Positions 1 to 9,894 of a DNA stretch of 64,000 nucleotides are shown here, piece by piece. Source of the DNA: an uncultured Alphaproteobacteria bacterium (lineage in GTDB: Bacteria > Pseudomonadota > Alphaproteobacteria > 43-37 > CAWALT01). Where the stretch lies: assembly GCA_963782975.1 (NCBI GenBank), contig CAWALT010000002.1:340710-404709 (forward strand), given 5' to 3'. Within the stretch, counting starts at the first letter, position 1. Each line of letters opens with the position of its first letter. The notes under the pieces are model-generated. The model searched no databases, was not told the origin of the DNA, and saw only the letters and a program-made list of their open reading frames with translations. The position numbers were made by a program, and so were the translations under genes.

Positions 1-722
1 CCCATTGCCAGAGCCGCTTTTACATAATCAAGGTTGCGCGCCCTTAAAAACTCCGCACGCACCACTCCCACCAAAGACATCCAGCTAAATAATAACAATA
101 TAAGCAATAGCCACCCCACATTCGGCTCGACAAAGCTTGACAAGATAATAAGCAAATAGAGAACTGGCATTCCTGACCATATTTCAATCACACGCTGAAA
201 GAAAAGGTCGACTTTTCCACCGAAGTATCCTTGGATGGCTCCCGCGATAACTCCTATGATCGAGCTTAAGAAAGTAAGCACAAGGCCAAAGAGAATGGAC
301 AGCCGGAAACCATAGATAAGACGCGCTAGGACATCGCGTCCTTGGTCATCGGTTCCAAGCCAATTTTCCCGCGTAGGAGGAGACGGTGCCGGTGATGGTA
401 AGTCATAGTTAATGGTTGTGTAGTGATAGGGAATGGCTGGCCATACCATCCATCCCTCTGCCTCGATAAGATTTTGTATATATTTGTCTTTGTAATCAGC
501 ACTTAGCTCTAACTCTCCCCCAAAAACTTTTTCAGGATACGTTTTAAAGAGAGGAAAATACAATTGCCCTTTGTAAGAAATTACCATTGGTTTATCATTG
601 GCAATGAATTCTGCAGGAAGCGATAACATACATAAAAGAAGAAAAAGCCAAAAAGACCAATACCCGCGTTTGTTGGCTTTAAATTGGCTTAATCGACGTT
701 TGGTAATGGGAGATAAGTTCAT
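1..722 (-). CDS. yejE: ABC transporter permease, YejE-like (3' part runs off the window start; absent from the ORF track because no stop is in the window)
   Basis: My translation from ATG at 722 gives MNLSPITKRRLSQFKANKRGYWSFWLFLLL..., a typical YejE N-terminus. It lies 22 bp downstream of yejB. Confidence 0.85.
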   Translation of the reverse strand, partial: MNLSPITKRRLSQFKANKRGYWSFWLFLLLCMLSLPAEFIANDKPMVISYKGQLYFPLFKTYPEKVFGGELELSADYKDKYIQNLIEAEGWMVWPAIPYHYTTINYDLPSPAPSPPTRENWLGTDDQGRDVLARLIYGFRLSILFGLVLTFLSSIIGVIAGAIQGYFGGKVDLFFQRVIEIWSGMPVLYLLIILSSFVEPNVGWLLLILLLFSWMSLVGVVRAEFLRARNLDYVKAALAM

Positions 723-744
723 TCGTCTTGCCCCTTATCCACAC

Positions 745-1845
745 TTATTCTCTCATTTTGTCAAAATTTATCCGTGGATCCACAACCATGTAGAGGAGAT
801 CGCCCACAAGGTGCAATAAAAGCCCGAGTAGGGTAAAGAGGTATAAAGTTCCAAAGACCACCGGATAATCGCGATTCATAATCGCTTCAAAACTTAGCAA
901 GCCTAAACCATCTAAAGAAAAAATCACTTCAATCAAAACGGAGCCCGTGAAAAACATGCTCATGAAGGCTGAAGGAAATCCTGCGACTATCACTAAGATA
1001 GCATTACGAAACACATGCTTATACAAAACTTTTTTTTCCGAAAGACCTTTTGCTCGTGCTGTTAGGACATATTGCTTGCCTAATTCTTCCAAGAAAGAAT
1101 TTTTCGTTAAAATTGTAAGGCTGGCAAACCCTACAATAACCTGAGAGAAAACTGGTAACGTGATATGCCAGAGATAATCAATAATTTTTCCCCCGATTGA
1201 TAATTCATGGAAATGGTCTGAAACAAGACCACGCAGAGGAAACCATTGAAAAAAGCTACCACCGGCAAAGAAAACAATTAAAAAAACAGCAAGCAGGAAG
1301 CTTGGTATGGCATAGCCGATAATAATAACAAAGCTCGTCCATATATCAAAAGACGAATCGACCCGCCGAGCCTTAGCTATCCCTAAAGGAATAGACACTA
1401 AATAGATAATGAGAGTCGACCACAGCCCTAAACTGATCGATACGGGTAATTTTTCAAGGATTAAGTCAATGACAGGCCGGTCTTTAAAATAGCTTGTCCC
1501 TAAGTCAAAGCTTAAATAACTCTTCACCATAAGGAAAAAACGTACATAAGCGGGCTTATCAAACCCGAATTGTTGCTCAAGTTCTTTTATAAATTCTGGG
1601 TCAAGACCTTGGGCCCCACGATATTTCGTCGTGAGGCCGCTATCTTGATCCACATTTTGGAAGCCAGTGTTATCAGCTGAGCCAGAAATGCGGCCAATAT
1701 GGCTGCTATCAAAGCCGCTTAAGCGAACAAGCAAAGTCTCAATAGGACCGCCTGGAGCAAACTGAACAATAATAAAATTAATGAGGAGTATCCCGAACAA
1801 AGTGGGGATGATCAACAAAAGACGCCTTAGAGCATAATTAAGCAT
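745..1845 (-). CDS. yejB: ABC transporter permease, YejB-like
   Basis: [18 protein letters not shown] start, EAA motif ([21 protein letters not shown]) and a DPRINF end. Start moved from 1902 to ATG 1845, which follows a GGAGG SD and overlaps the yejA stop. Confidence 0.9.
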   Translation of the reverse strand: MLNYALRRLLLIIPTLFGILLINFIIVQFAPGGPIETLLVRLSGFDSSHIGRISGSADNTGFQNVDQDSGLTTKYRGAQGLDPEFIKELEQQFGFDKPAYVRFFLMVKSYLSFDLGTSYFKDRPVIDLILEKLPVSISLGLWSTLIIYLVSIPLGIAKARRVDSSFDIWTSFVIIIGYAIPSFLLAVFLIVFFAGGSFFQWFPLRGLVSDHFHELSIGGKIIDYLWHITLPVFSQVIVGFASLTILTKNSFLEELGKQYVLTARAKGLSEKKVLYKHVFRNAILVIVAGFPSAFMSMFFTGSVLIEVIFSLDGLGLLSFEAIMNRDYPVVFGTLYLFTLLGLLLHLVGDLLYMVVDPRINFDKMRE

Positions 1846-3767
1846 CTTTTCCTCCATGCTGCTGAGAGGAGGGCGAAGGGGACTCAACCCACCACATATC
1901 AAGGCTAATAAAATTATTAAGCGACATATACTTTGGGAATACCTCTGGGTACTTAAGAGAAGCTTGATAAGCGAAACGATGCGCGGGGGAATGATAGAGT
2001 GGAAGCACCACGTACTCCCATAAGATGAGACGGCTCATAGCTTTTGCGTGTGCTACAAGGTCTTCATAATCCTTTGAGCGAGGCAATGCTTGGATAAGAG
2101 TGTCCACAATGGGGTTTTTAAGGGCAGGCAAGTTACCAGACCCCACTATGTCTGCGCTTGTGCTTGCCCAAAAATGGTGCTGTTCATTGCCTGGAATAAG
2201 ACTTTGAGAGTAGAGATGTAAAATCATATCAAAATCAAACTTTTGAAGACGGCCCCTGTATTGGGTGGGATCCACAAGCCTTAAGTGAGCTTGAATACCT
2301 AAATGGTTGAGATTCTTTATGAACCCTTGTAGCATCCTCTCCAACATGCCTTGGGAGATGAGAAGCTCGATGGTAAAACGCTGACGGGTTATAGCGTGAA
2401 CCCGCTCGCCCTTGGCATTCGTAATCCAGCCAGCTTCTTTAAGTAGCTTATCGGCTTTGTGTAAAAGATCACGAATATATCCAGTACCATCCGTTATGGG
2501 TAAAAGGAATTCTTGCGTGAAAATTTCTTTGGGCAGTTGCTCTTTATAGGGGGCTAAGATCTCTAATTCTCGCCCTTTAGGGATACCTTTTGCGGCCATG
2601 TCTGTTCCTTCAAAAAAGCACTTTGTGCGTACATATAGGTTGAAGAACAAGTTCTTATTTAGCCACTCAAAGTCAAACAAAAGAGATAAAGCTTTCCGTA
2701 CACGCCGATCCTTAAAAACCTCCCGCCGCGTGTTAAATACAAAGGCTTGGAGAGGCAGAATCGACTGATTCGGAATAGATGTTTTGATGATTTTTCCTGT
2801 CTTAATAGCTGGGAAGTTATATTCTTTTGCCCAGTTTAAAGCCTTTGACTCATAGAAAAAGTCTATATTCCCTGCTTTAAAAGCTTCGAAACTAGCTTCT
2901 AGATTACGAAAGTACCGATACCGGATTGTATCAAAGTTATGTTGCCCCTTCTGTGTGGGCAAATTTTGCCCCCACCAGTCCTTGACTCTTTCATATACAA
3001 TGTACTTCCCAGCTTTAAATTCTTTAATTTTATAGGGCCCACTACCGATAGGCGGAAGGAGGCTGATTTTATCAAAAGGTTGCGCTTGATAAAACTTTTT
3101 GGAAAATACGGGCAGGCCTCCAATATTTAAGGGTAGCTCGCGATTATCGCTACGCCTAAAAATGAATTTAACCGTCTGATGATCAAGAACCTGAGCTTCT
3201 TTAATGTCTTGAGTCACACTTCGAAAAAGAGGGGAATGCTTTTTCAATAAAAAATAAGAAAACACTACATCTTCGGCGGTAATAGGGGAGCCGTCATGGA
3301 AAAATGCGTTAGGTTGGAGAGTTACGACCATCGAAAGATTATCGGGCGCCACTTCTAGGCTTTTAGCCAAAAAACCGTACATACTTCCAACTTCGTCATA
3401 CGAAGGTGAGGCTAACGTTGCGTAAAGGCGATGGGTGCCTGCAGCAGGTACCCCCTTTATAATATAAGGATTCCACGAATCAAAAGTGGGTAGGAGGGCG
3501 CGAAGTCGTACATGTCCCCCTTTTAGGGGCGGAAGGGTTGACATAATGGAAATGAGTAAAATGAGGGGGATATTTTAGCGTGCCAAAAATAGAAAATCCA
3601 TGAGACCCCGTATCGTTTCTAGCATGTGCGGGAAGTTTTATCGCGACCAATAGAATAAGACAGAAGAAAATTCCTTGCCAGAATTGTCGTGTTATCCAAA
3701 GGATATTCTTTTGAAAACTACCTTCGGACTTTGGTTGCAATGTCGTCCAAAAAATTCTTTGTATCAT
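1838..3767 (-). pseudogene. yejA: Peptide ABC transporter substrate-binding protein (YejA/family 5), split by a +1 frameshift at about 3521
   Basis: ORF 3480-3767 carries the signal peptide and HGFSIFGTLKYPPHFTHFHYVNPSAPK. ORF 1838-3544 continues GGHVRLRALLPTFDSWNPYIIKG. Removing one A from CCT AAA A GGG GGA joins them into about 642 aa. This may be a sequencing error rather than a true pseudogene. Confidence 0.85.
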
Positions 3768-4294
3768 GGTAATGGCAAAGGTTGATCGCTTAGACTCCTA
3801 AGATATAAGATTACATCGGCTCGCTCTTGCGTTCTTCTTAAGCCCGCAAAGGACATTTTTGTTCCTGGTACATAATCACGTGGCTTTTCAAGATAAGCAT
3901 TGAGACTCTCATAATCCCATGAACCTTCTTGGGATTGCATACCACGCGAATAGGTGTAATCACTGCGACTGCCTTTCTTTGTGCCCACGACATTCCATAA
4001 ATTAGGGCCTAATTTATGTTGTCCACCTTTCGTATCGGTATGACATTGCGTACAGCGCTTGAAGATTTCTTTTCCATTTTCGAGGCTTGCAGAAGCCAAT
4101 AGTGGCGTGACAGGTTCCAGTATTTTCTCTTTCGCGGAGCCAACTCCTGTACTCTCTGGTACTTCAATCACATAGGCTTCTTTCTCTAACGGCAGAGGCT
4201 TAACCAAAAACTCAGCCATCATAACCGATAGGATCCCAACTAAGAGGGCAATGAGAAGGGCGGCAATAATTTTATTAAATTCTAAACTGTCCAT
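3764..4294 (-). CDS. cycM: Membrane-anchored class I cytochrome c (CycM/cy-type)
   Basis: N-terminal TM helix, CTQCH haem motif, GPNL motif and Met ligand in PGTKMSFAG. Confidence 0.88.
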   Translation of the reverse strand: MDSLEFNKIIAALLIALLVGILSVMMAEFLVKPLPLEKEAYVIEVPESTGVGSAKEKILEPVTPLLASASLENGKEIFKRCTQCHTDTKGGQHKLGPNLWNVVGTKKGSRSDYTYSRGMQSQEGSWDYESLNAYLEKPRDYVPGTKMSFAGLRRTQERADVILYLRSLSDQPLPLP

Positions 4295-4534
4295 AAAGTT
4301 TCCCTCATTAGACCATCGAACTTGGAAAAGATAGGCACTTTAGAAGCTTTTTTCCTTTTGATGGATAATGTTACGCTAGGTTTATAATGGCGAACTATTT
4401 TCATTTTTCAACAAAAATTTATTTTAAGGCGCAAACCTTGTCAATCAGTGTTCCGTTTCTCAGCTCTCCCAAAAGCTCAAAAGAACGATAAGTATATCTT
4501 TAGTAGGAGGCGGCGTAAGAAAGAATGCTATAAG

Positions 4535-4563
4535 TTGACATTTTAAAGGGAATTGCTTACAAC
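4535..4563 (+). promoter_or_regulatory. Putative sigma70 promoter for kdsB
   Basis: TTGACA-N17-TACAAC, 43 bp upstream of the kdsB ATG. Confidence 0.5.
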
Positions 4564-4606
4564 CAACGAGAAATATTTTTACTGTAGCTGTTAAGGATTT
4601 ACTCGC

Positions 4607-5347
4607 ATGAGTTTGCCTTCCGTCGTTATTATGATTCCTTGTCGTATGGGGTCACAACGTCTTGCCCATAAACCTTTGAAACTCATTCATCAACGACCGA
4701 TGATCTCTCATGTGATCGAACGTGCTCTGGAATCTGGGATTGCTCCTGTGTATGTAGCAGTTGATGGCGAAGAAATCGCTGGCGTTGTGGAGCAATATAA
4801 AGGGAAAGCTATCCTAACAGATCCAAGCTTACCGAGTGGGACCGATCGTATTGCCGCAGCATTAAAGAAAATTCCACATAATTTTGATTTCATCATTAAC
4901 CTTCAAGGGGATCTCCCGCTTTTTGACCCTTCTATATTAAAGAAGGTTTTGGATGTTCTGCTCAATACCGAGAGTGAGATGGCCACTCTTGTCGCACCCA
5001 TAGGGGATTCTTCTATAATTGAGAATAGAAACAGCGTGAAAGTAGCCCTTTCTCCCTTTGGAACTTATTATCGCGCACTCTATTTTAGCCGCGCTCCTTT
5101 GTCAGGGTATAATGGATTCTATCAGCATATTGGTATTTATGGTTACCGTGCGGCGGCTCTTAAGCGCTTTGTGAATCTTCCAATCTCTCCTTTAGAAAAC
5201 CTCGAGAAGCTTGAACAGTTACGAGCCCTTGAAGATAATATGAGGATTGTGGCGGATATTGTAAAAGAAGCTCCCATAAGTGTGGATACGCTAGAAGACC
5301 TGGAAAAAGCTAACGAAGCCTTTGCGGTTCGGGATGTTGCTCGTTAG
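4607..5347 (+). CDS. kdsB: 3-deoxy-manno-octulosonate cytidylyltransferase
   Basis: IPCRMGSQRLAHKPL, SGTDRI, NLQGDLP, HIGIYGY and LEKLEQLRALE motifs. Confidence 0.95.
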   Translation: MSLPSVVIMIPCRMGSQRLAHKPLKLIHQRPMISHVIERALESGIAPVYVAVDGEEIAGVVEQYKGKAILTDPSLPSGTDRIAAALKKIPHNFDFIINLQGDLPLFDPSILKKVLDVLLNTESEMATLVAPIGDSSIIENRNSVKVALSPFGTYYRALYFSRAPLSGYNGFYQHIGIYGYRAAALKRFVNLPISPLENLEKLEQLRALEDNMRIVADIVKEAPISVDTLEDLEKANEAFAVRDVAR

Positions 5348-5463
5348 AATGCTATAATTTTTTTTTAATTTTATTTTTGCATATATGTCTATCTCTTTGA
5401 CTTATTTTTTTTTGTATGGTTATATGTCTTCGAAGTTAATCGTTTTAAGATAAAGGAGAAAAA

Positions 5464-6120
5464 ATGATGAGCGGTTTTCCAGTTTAACAATGATAAATAT
5501 ATATTGGATGTAAGAGAAAGGCGTTTAAGCCTTATCTCCTCCAATGATAAAAGAATATATTAACTGGTGGTATTATCACGTGCCTAAGCTAAAGTAGTGC
5601 CGTGATATATATTCCACCTTTTCTTTTCCAAAAGAGAAACTTGGGAAAGGTAGAAATTTTTATAAATCCCTATTTTTTAAGGGGTATGTTTGATATTAAA
5701 CTTGGCATCAAACAAGAAGGAGAAAGCCTTCAAGAGCTTTGCAAGTTGAGCTACGAGGGAGGCTCCATTGTCTTTTCTGTCAAAGACGATGGGGAAGGAA
5801 AAAAGCTTTGGGGGACCTTTCTCTTACTTGTTATTTTTCTTGCTCATATTATTGTCGTCTTTCAGGTTCGAAACTTTTCCGATACATACGTTGAAATATT
5901 TACCTGCTAGCAGAAGGGAAGAAGAATTTTTGAACGTGAGTGTCAGGTGCGGAAGCATTTTGCTTACTGAAGGTAAAGAGAGGGAAAGATAATACAGATG
6001 ACGGAGAAAAGGGAAAACTAAGCTCTCGATAAAAACCTTTGAAGAATAAAATACCCTTAGCAGAAAAGCAAAAGTTTCTTAAAAAGAATAAAGCTTAGAG
6101 TGGAATGCAAAGGCTCGAAA
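5464..6120 (+). pseudogene. Possible decayed gene of unknown function (includes ORF fragments 5602-5910 and 5768-5992)
   Basis: A strong SD (AAAGGAGA) precedes ATG 5464, but the frame stops after 7 codons. The 102-aa fragment at 5602 is in the same frame, and the plus strand is purine-rich with repeated stops. No family recognised. Confidence 0.3.
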
Positions 6121-6130
6121 AGAAGAAAAA

Positions 6131-6301
6131 TTATTTGATTTTTGCTTCTTTAAATAAAACATGCTTCTTTGCCCGTGGGTCATATTTGCGGAACTCTAAT
6201 TTTTCTGTTTGCTTACGTGGGTTCTTTTTCTTCACATAAAAATATCCCGTATCAGCGGTACTAAGAAGCCGGATTAACACGGTACTACTTTTCTTAGCCA
6301 T
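6131..6301 (-). CDS. rpmG: 50S ribosomal protein L33 (Cys-free type)
   Basis: [30 protein letters not shown]...KYDP...[10 protein letters not shown]. Start moved to 6301 (56 aa). Confidence 0.95.
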   Translation of the reverse strand: MAKKSSTVLIRLLSTADTGYFYVKKKNPRKQTEKLEFRKYDPRAKKHVLFKEAKIK

Positions 6302-6369
6302 TCCTTTCTTCCTCTTCATTCCTAAGATAGTTAACAAAGACCTACGTTCTCAACAAATAGGCGCCTTCA

Positions 6370-6398
6370 CTTCTATAAAGGTTAGGGATATTTGTCAA
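6370..6398 (-). promoter_or_regulatory. Putative sigma70 promoter for rpmG
   Basis: TTGACA-N17-TAGAAG on the minus strand upstream of rpmG. Confidence 0.4.
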
Positions 6399-6494
6399 GT
6401 TTTTTCCTTTTCCTTAACTTTAAAAAAACCTATCTTTAAGGAGAAAGAGGTTTTATAATAACCCTTTGCTTAGTTATGTCGAAATGGAGGGAAA

Positions 6495-7988
6495 ATGCAA
6501 ATTATATTTAGTCCCGATATTGCCGCGTTAGAAGGGCTCCTTATTATTGGTGTTTTTAATGATCTTGAGCTTTCAGCTGCAGCGAAGAAAATTGATCAGC
6601 GTGTTGATGGTTTAGTGATGCAGGCGCTTCAAAACGGTGCATTTAAGGGTAAGCTTGGTCAGACCTTGTCCGTTTTTGGTCCTAAAAAAGGAGATATTCA
6701 ACGCATTTTAGTCCTTGGCTTGGGGGAGAAAGAAAAAATCTCTGAAAAGGCTCTCTTGCATGCAGGAGGAGCTCTTATGTCAACCATAATTGATTGGGGG
6801 CATGAAAAGGCATTTATCTATTTAGATAGCGTGGCTTCTAAGGATTTTCCTAATAAGAAGGCAGTTCCTCTTATAGCGCAGGGAGCGCTTCTTAGATCAT
6901 GGCGCTTTACTAGGTATAAAACAAAAAAGCCGGAAGAAAATCTACCAAAGTTGGATCAGCTTGTCTTTCTTTCTTCTGAAAGCGATATGCTTGCCGAACA
7001 ATTTCAACCTTTGCAGGCCGTAGCGGAAGGCGTTTTTCTCACCCGCGAGTTGATGAATGAGCCGCCGAATGTTATGACGCCACTTAAAGTAGCTGAGTGC
7101 GCGAAGGAATTGAAAAAGTACGGGATCGACATCGACATTTTAGATGAAAAACAAATGAAAAAACTTGGTATGAACGCTTTATTGGGCGTTGGTCAAGGAA
7201 GTGAAAACGATTCGTATGTGGTGGTTATGAAGTGGCAAGGGGGAAAGAAGGACGATAAGCCTCTCGCCTTTGTGGGTAAAGGGGTTACGTTTGATACAGG
7301 AGGCATTTCCCTCAAGCCATCTGCTAGCATGGATGAAATGAAATTTGATATGGGTGGTGCTGCTGCGGTTATGGGCTTAATGAAGTCTCTTGCTTTGCGC
7401 AAGGCTGGCGTTAATGTGGTTGGAGTTATCGGCTTAGCAGAGAATATGCCAGATGGAAAGGCTCAACGGCCTGGCGATATTGTAACCTCTCTTTCGGGTC
7501 AAACCATTGAAATTCTTAATACGGATGCGGAAGGACGACTTATTTTGGCGGATCTTTTGTGGTATACGCAAGATAAGTTTCGCCCACAGTGTATGGTTAA
7601 CCTAGCAACTCTGACAGGTGCTATTTTGGTTACGTTAGGCCATGAATATGCAGGTCTCTTTGCAAGTGATGACACGTTAGCGCAGCGTCTTTCGACCGTC
7701 GGGGAAAAAGTAGATGAACTTGTATGGCGCTTACCTTTATCTGAGGCTTTTGATCGGTTAATTGATTCGAAGGTAGCAGATATGCAGAATATAGGTGGGC
7801 GGTACGCTGGAAGCATTACGGCGGCCCAATTCTTACAAAGGTTTACCAATAACGTCCCATGGGCGCATCTTGATATTGCGGGTGTGGCTTGGCAGATGAA
7901 TAAGGATCGTCCCCTTTCTTCCCAGCCAGTGACAGGTTTTGGTGTGCGGTTACTTGATCGCTTTATTCAAGAATATTATGAGAAATGA
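6495..7988 (+). CDS. pepA: Leucyl aminopeptidase (M17)
   Basis: VGKGVTFDTGGISLK, MKFDMGG and NTDAEGRL motifs. Strong GGAGG SD. Confidence 0.96.
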   Translation: MQIIFSPDIAALEGLLIIGVFNDLELSAAAKKIDQRVDGLVMQALQNGAFKGKLGQTLSVFGPKKGDIQRILVLGLGEKEKISEKALLHAGGALMSTIIDWGHEKAFIYLDSVASKDFPNKKAVPLIAQGALLRSWRFTRYKTKKPEENLPKLDQLVFLSSESDMLAEQFQPLQAVAEGVFLTRELMNEPPNVMTPLKVAECAKELKKYGIDIDILDEKQMKKLGMNALLGVGQGSENDSYVVVMKWQGGKKDDKPLAFVGKGVTFDTGGISLKPSASMDEMKFDMGGAAAVMGLMKSLALRKAGVNVVGVIGLAENMPDGKAQRPGDIVTSLSGQTIEILNTDAEGRLILADLLWYTQDKFRPQCMVNLATLTGAILVTLGHEYAGLFASDDTLAQRLSTVGEKVDELVWRLPLSEAFDRLIDSKVADMQNIGGRYAGSITAAQFLQRFTNNVPWAHLDIAGVAWQMNKDRPLSSQPVTGFGVRLLDRFIQEYYEK

Positions 7989-8109
7989 AAAAAGATTCCT
8001 TAAGGAAAAATTTTAGTATGTTAAGTCGGTAATGGTTAAGGAAGGAGGCCGTTTTAGAGAATACAAAGAAGGGAAATTATAGGGCTTTCAATGTAAATCG
8101 GGATCAGAG

Positions 8110-8565
8110 ATGACGGATTTTTTATTTTACCATTTACATACGTCTTCTTTAGAAGCTGGGTTATATCAACTTTTAGAGAAAGCTTGGCAAAGTAACTTCA
8201 GGGTCTTAGTTAAGGTGCCAACCGAGGAGAGAGCAGAGGAGTTGTGTGCCGTGCTGTGGATAATGGGTCGATTATCCTTCTTACCCCATGCGACGAAAGC
8301 GGATGGATTAACCGAGCATCAGCCTATCCTTCTTGACGTTTCCGACCAAGAGAACCTCAATAAGGCAGATGTTTTAATTTGCTTGGAGGGGACACAACCA
8401 TCAAATCCTGACTATTTCCGACGTTGTTTATTTATTTTTGGAGAGGAAAATGAGGATCTTAAGCAGCAATTAGTACGACAGTATGCGGAGCTTAAAGATA
8501 AAAATCCTTCAGTTTTTTATTGGAAACAAAACCCCAATGGCCAATGGGAAAAATCCTCCCTTTAA
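8110..8565 (+). CDS. holC: DNA polymerase III chi subunit
   Basis: FYHL start, LW...SFLPH motif, and the customary position after pepA. Confidence 0.9.
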   Translation: MTDFLFYHLHTSSLEAGLYQLLEKAWQSNFRVLVKVPTEERAEELCAVLWIMGRLSFLPHATKADGLTEHQPILLDVSDQENLNKADVLICLEGTQPSNPDYFRRCLFIFGEENEDLKQQLVRQYAELKDKNPSVFYWKQNPNGQWEKSSL

Positions 8566-8671
8566 GGACTGGGAAGGTTCCTTAGGAAACCCAAGAGAAA
8601 TTTCATTTTCCAAACCGTTGTGCTACTATCTTAAAAAAGATGAATTTTAGATTGCACAGCAGGGAACAAGC

Positions 8672-9187
8672 ATGAAAAAACTTTCTATTCTTCGGCATGC
8701 TGAAGCTATCGATGCCGAGCCATTGGTCAATGATTTTGATCGACCTGTCTCACCTCAAGGCCAAAAATCACTTATAATCCTTGCGGAGCAATTAAAGACA
8801 AAGGTATTTTTACCAGAATTAGTGTTGTGCTCTCCTGCGCGGCGGGCGCGTGATTCATTGGATGGCTTGCGAGCTCTTTTGCCATCTTTTTGTGAAGTCG
8901 TTTTTGAGGAACGCCTTTACAGCGCAACAAAAAGCCATCTTATTTTTCAGCTGAGTTTTTTGAATGATGATTATACGGAAGTGTTGCTCATAGGCCATAA
9001 CCCTGGTTTAGAACAGCTTTTAAATTGGCTGTTAAATGAAGAGTATTCGGTGCAAGCCCAGAGTAACCTTAAGACTTTTCCGGCGTGTAATTTAGTAAGT
9101 CTTCTCTTAAATATTTCTTGTTGGGGCGATCTTAAAGCAAATAGCGGCCAAGTTGAGAGCTGGATTTTTCCAAAGGAAGATGGTTAG
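8672..9187 (+). CDS. sixA: SixA-like phosphohistidine phosphatase
   Basis: LRHAEA, DFDRP, CSPARRA and GHNPG motifs of the histidine phosphatase superfamily. Confidence 0.8.
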   Translation: MKKLSILRHAEAIDAEPLVNDFDRPVSPQGQKSLIILAEQLKTKVFLPELVLCSPARRARDSLDGLRALLPSFCEVVFEERLYSATKSHLIFQLSFLNDDYTEVLLIGHNPGLEQLLNWLLNEEYSVQAQSNLKTFPACNLVSLLLNISCWGDLKANSGQVESWIFPKEDG

Positions 9188-9894
9188 CCTCTTTTTTTGG
9201 TGTTGTTCTCGAGTGTTTCATCTCCTTCCAATAAAGAGCGTACAAGGCTTATAGTAATTTTACCATGAGAGATAAGGCTCAAGCGATCGACATTTTCAAC
9301 AAAATCTGTGACGGCTTCAAAGGATCGTTCTATTCGCTTAAGGCTATATTCCAGAACATGAGGAGGAATAGGTAATTGGCGATCGTTAAACTGTTTCACG
9401 ATTAAGGCTCTTAACAGGCTATCATCCGGAGGATAAATCTCCACCACTAAAGCTGATTGCAAACGCGATTTTAAATCTTTTAGCGTAAAACGCCACAAGC
9501 CCGGTGGTGTGTCCGCGGTAAGGAGAAGAAAATTTTTATATTCCTGCGAGAGATTGAACAGATGAAATAACATTGTCTCATCAGCAAAATTTTCAATATC
9601 CTCAATAACAAAGGCTTTGTAAACTTGGCTATCCTTAATATACTGGTCAACAGAGTCAGAAGGCGTAAGAAGCTTTGCATGGGCAAGTTCTCTCCATATA
9701 GACGCTAAATGTGTTTTCCCGCAGCCTCGCGGCCCGTGAAGTACTAAACACGAGGGGACCCATTCTTTCCATTTCGTAATCCACCTAACAGCTTCTTGAT
9801 TGCTCTGAGTAACCAGAAAATCATATTTGGTCATCTTAGGAGGAAGAGATAAATCAAGCGCTAATTGGCTTTCGTGAGTTTTACTCATTGTCAT
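9184..9894 (-). CDS. hdaA: DnaA regulatory inactivator HdaA (DnaA-like AAA+)
   Basis: N-terminal QLALDL clamp-binding-like motif, GPRGCGKTHL Walker A, LFHLFN and DLKSRL. Confidence 0.88.
   Translation of the reverse strand: MTMSKTHESQLALDLSLPPKMTKYDFLVTQSNQEAVRWITKWKEWVPSCLVLHGPRGCGKTHLASIWRELAHAKLLTPSDSVDQYIKDSQVYKAFVIEDIENFADETMLFHLFNLSQEYKNFLLLTADTPPGLWRFTLKDLKSRLQSALVVEIYPPDDSLLRALIVKQFNDRQLPIPPHVLEYSLKRIERSFEAVTDFVENVDRLSLISHGKITISLVRSLLEGDETLENNTKKRG

Noticed and set aside
735-743. Perfect DnaA box TTATCCACA between yejB and yejE
   Set aside because: It is a single copy overlapping the yejE ribosome-binding region, with no box cluster or unwinding element. A lone 9-mer is plausible by chance in 64 kb.
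8032-8039. TTAACCAT CtrA half-site-like 8-mers (also near 13053, 24032 and 30754)
   Set aside because: A few copies of an AT-rich 8-mer are expected by chance in this window, and two fall inside coding sequence.
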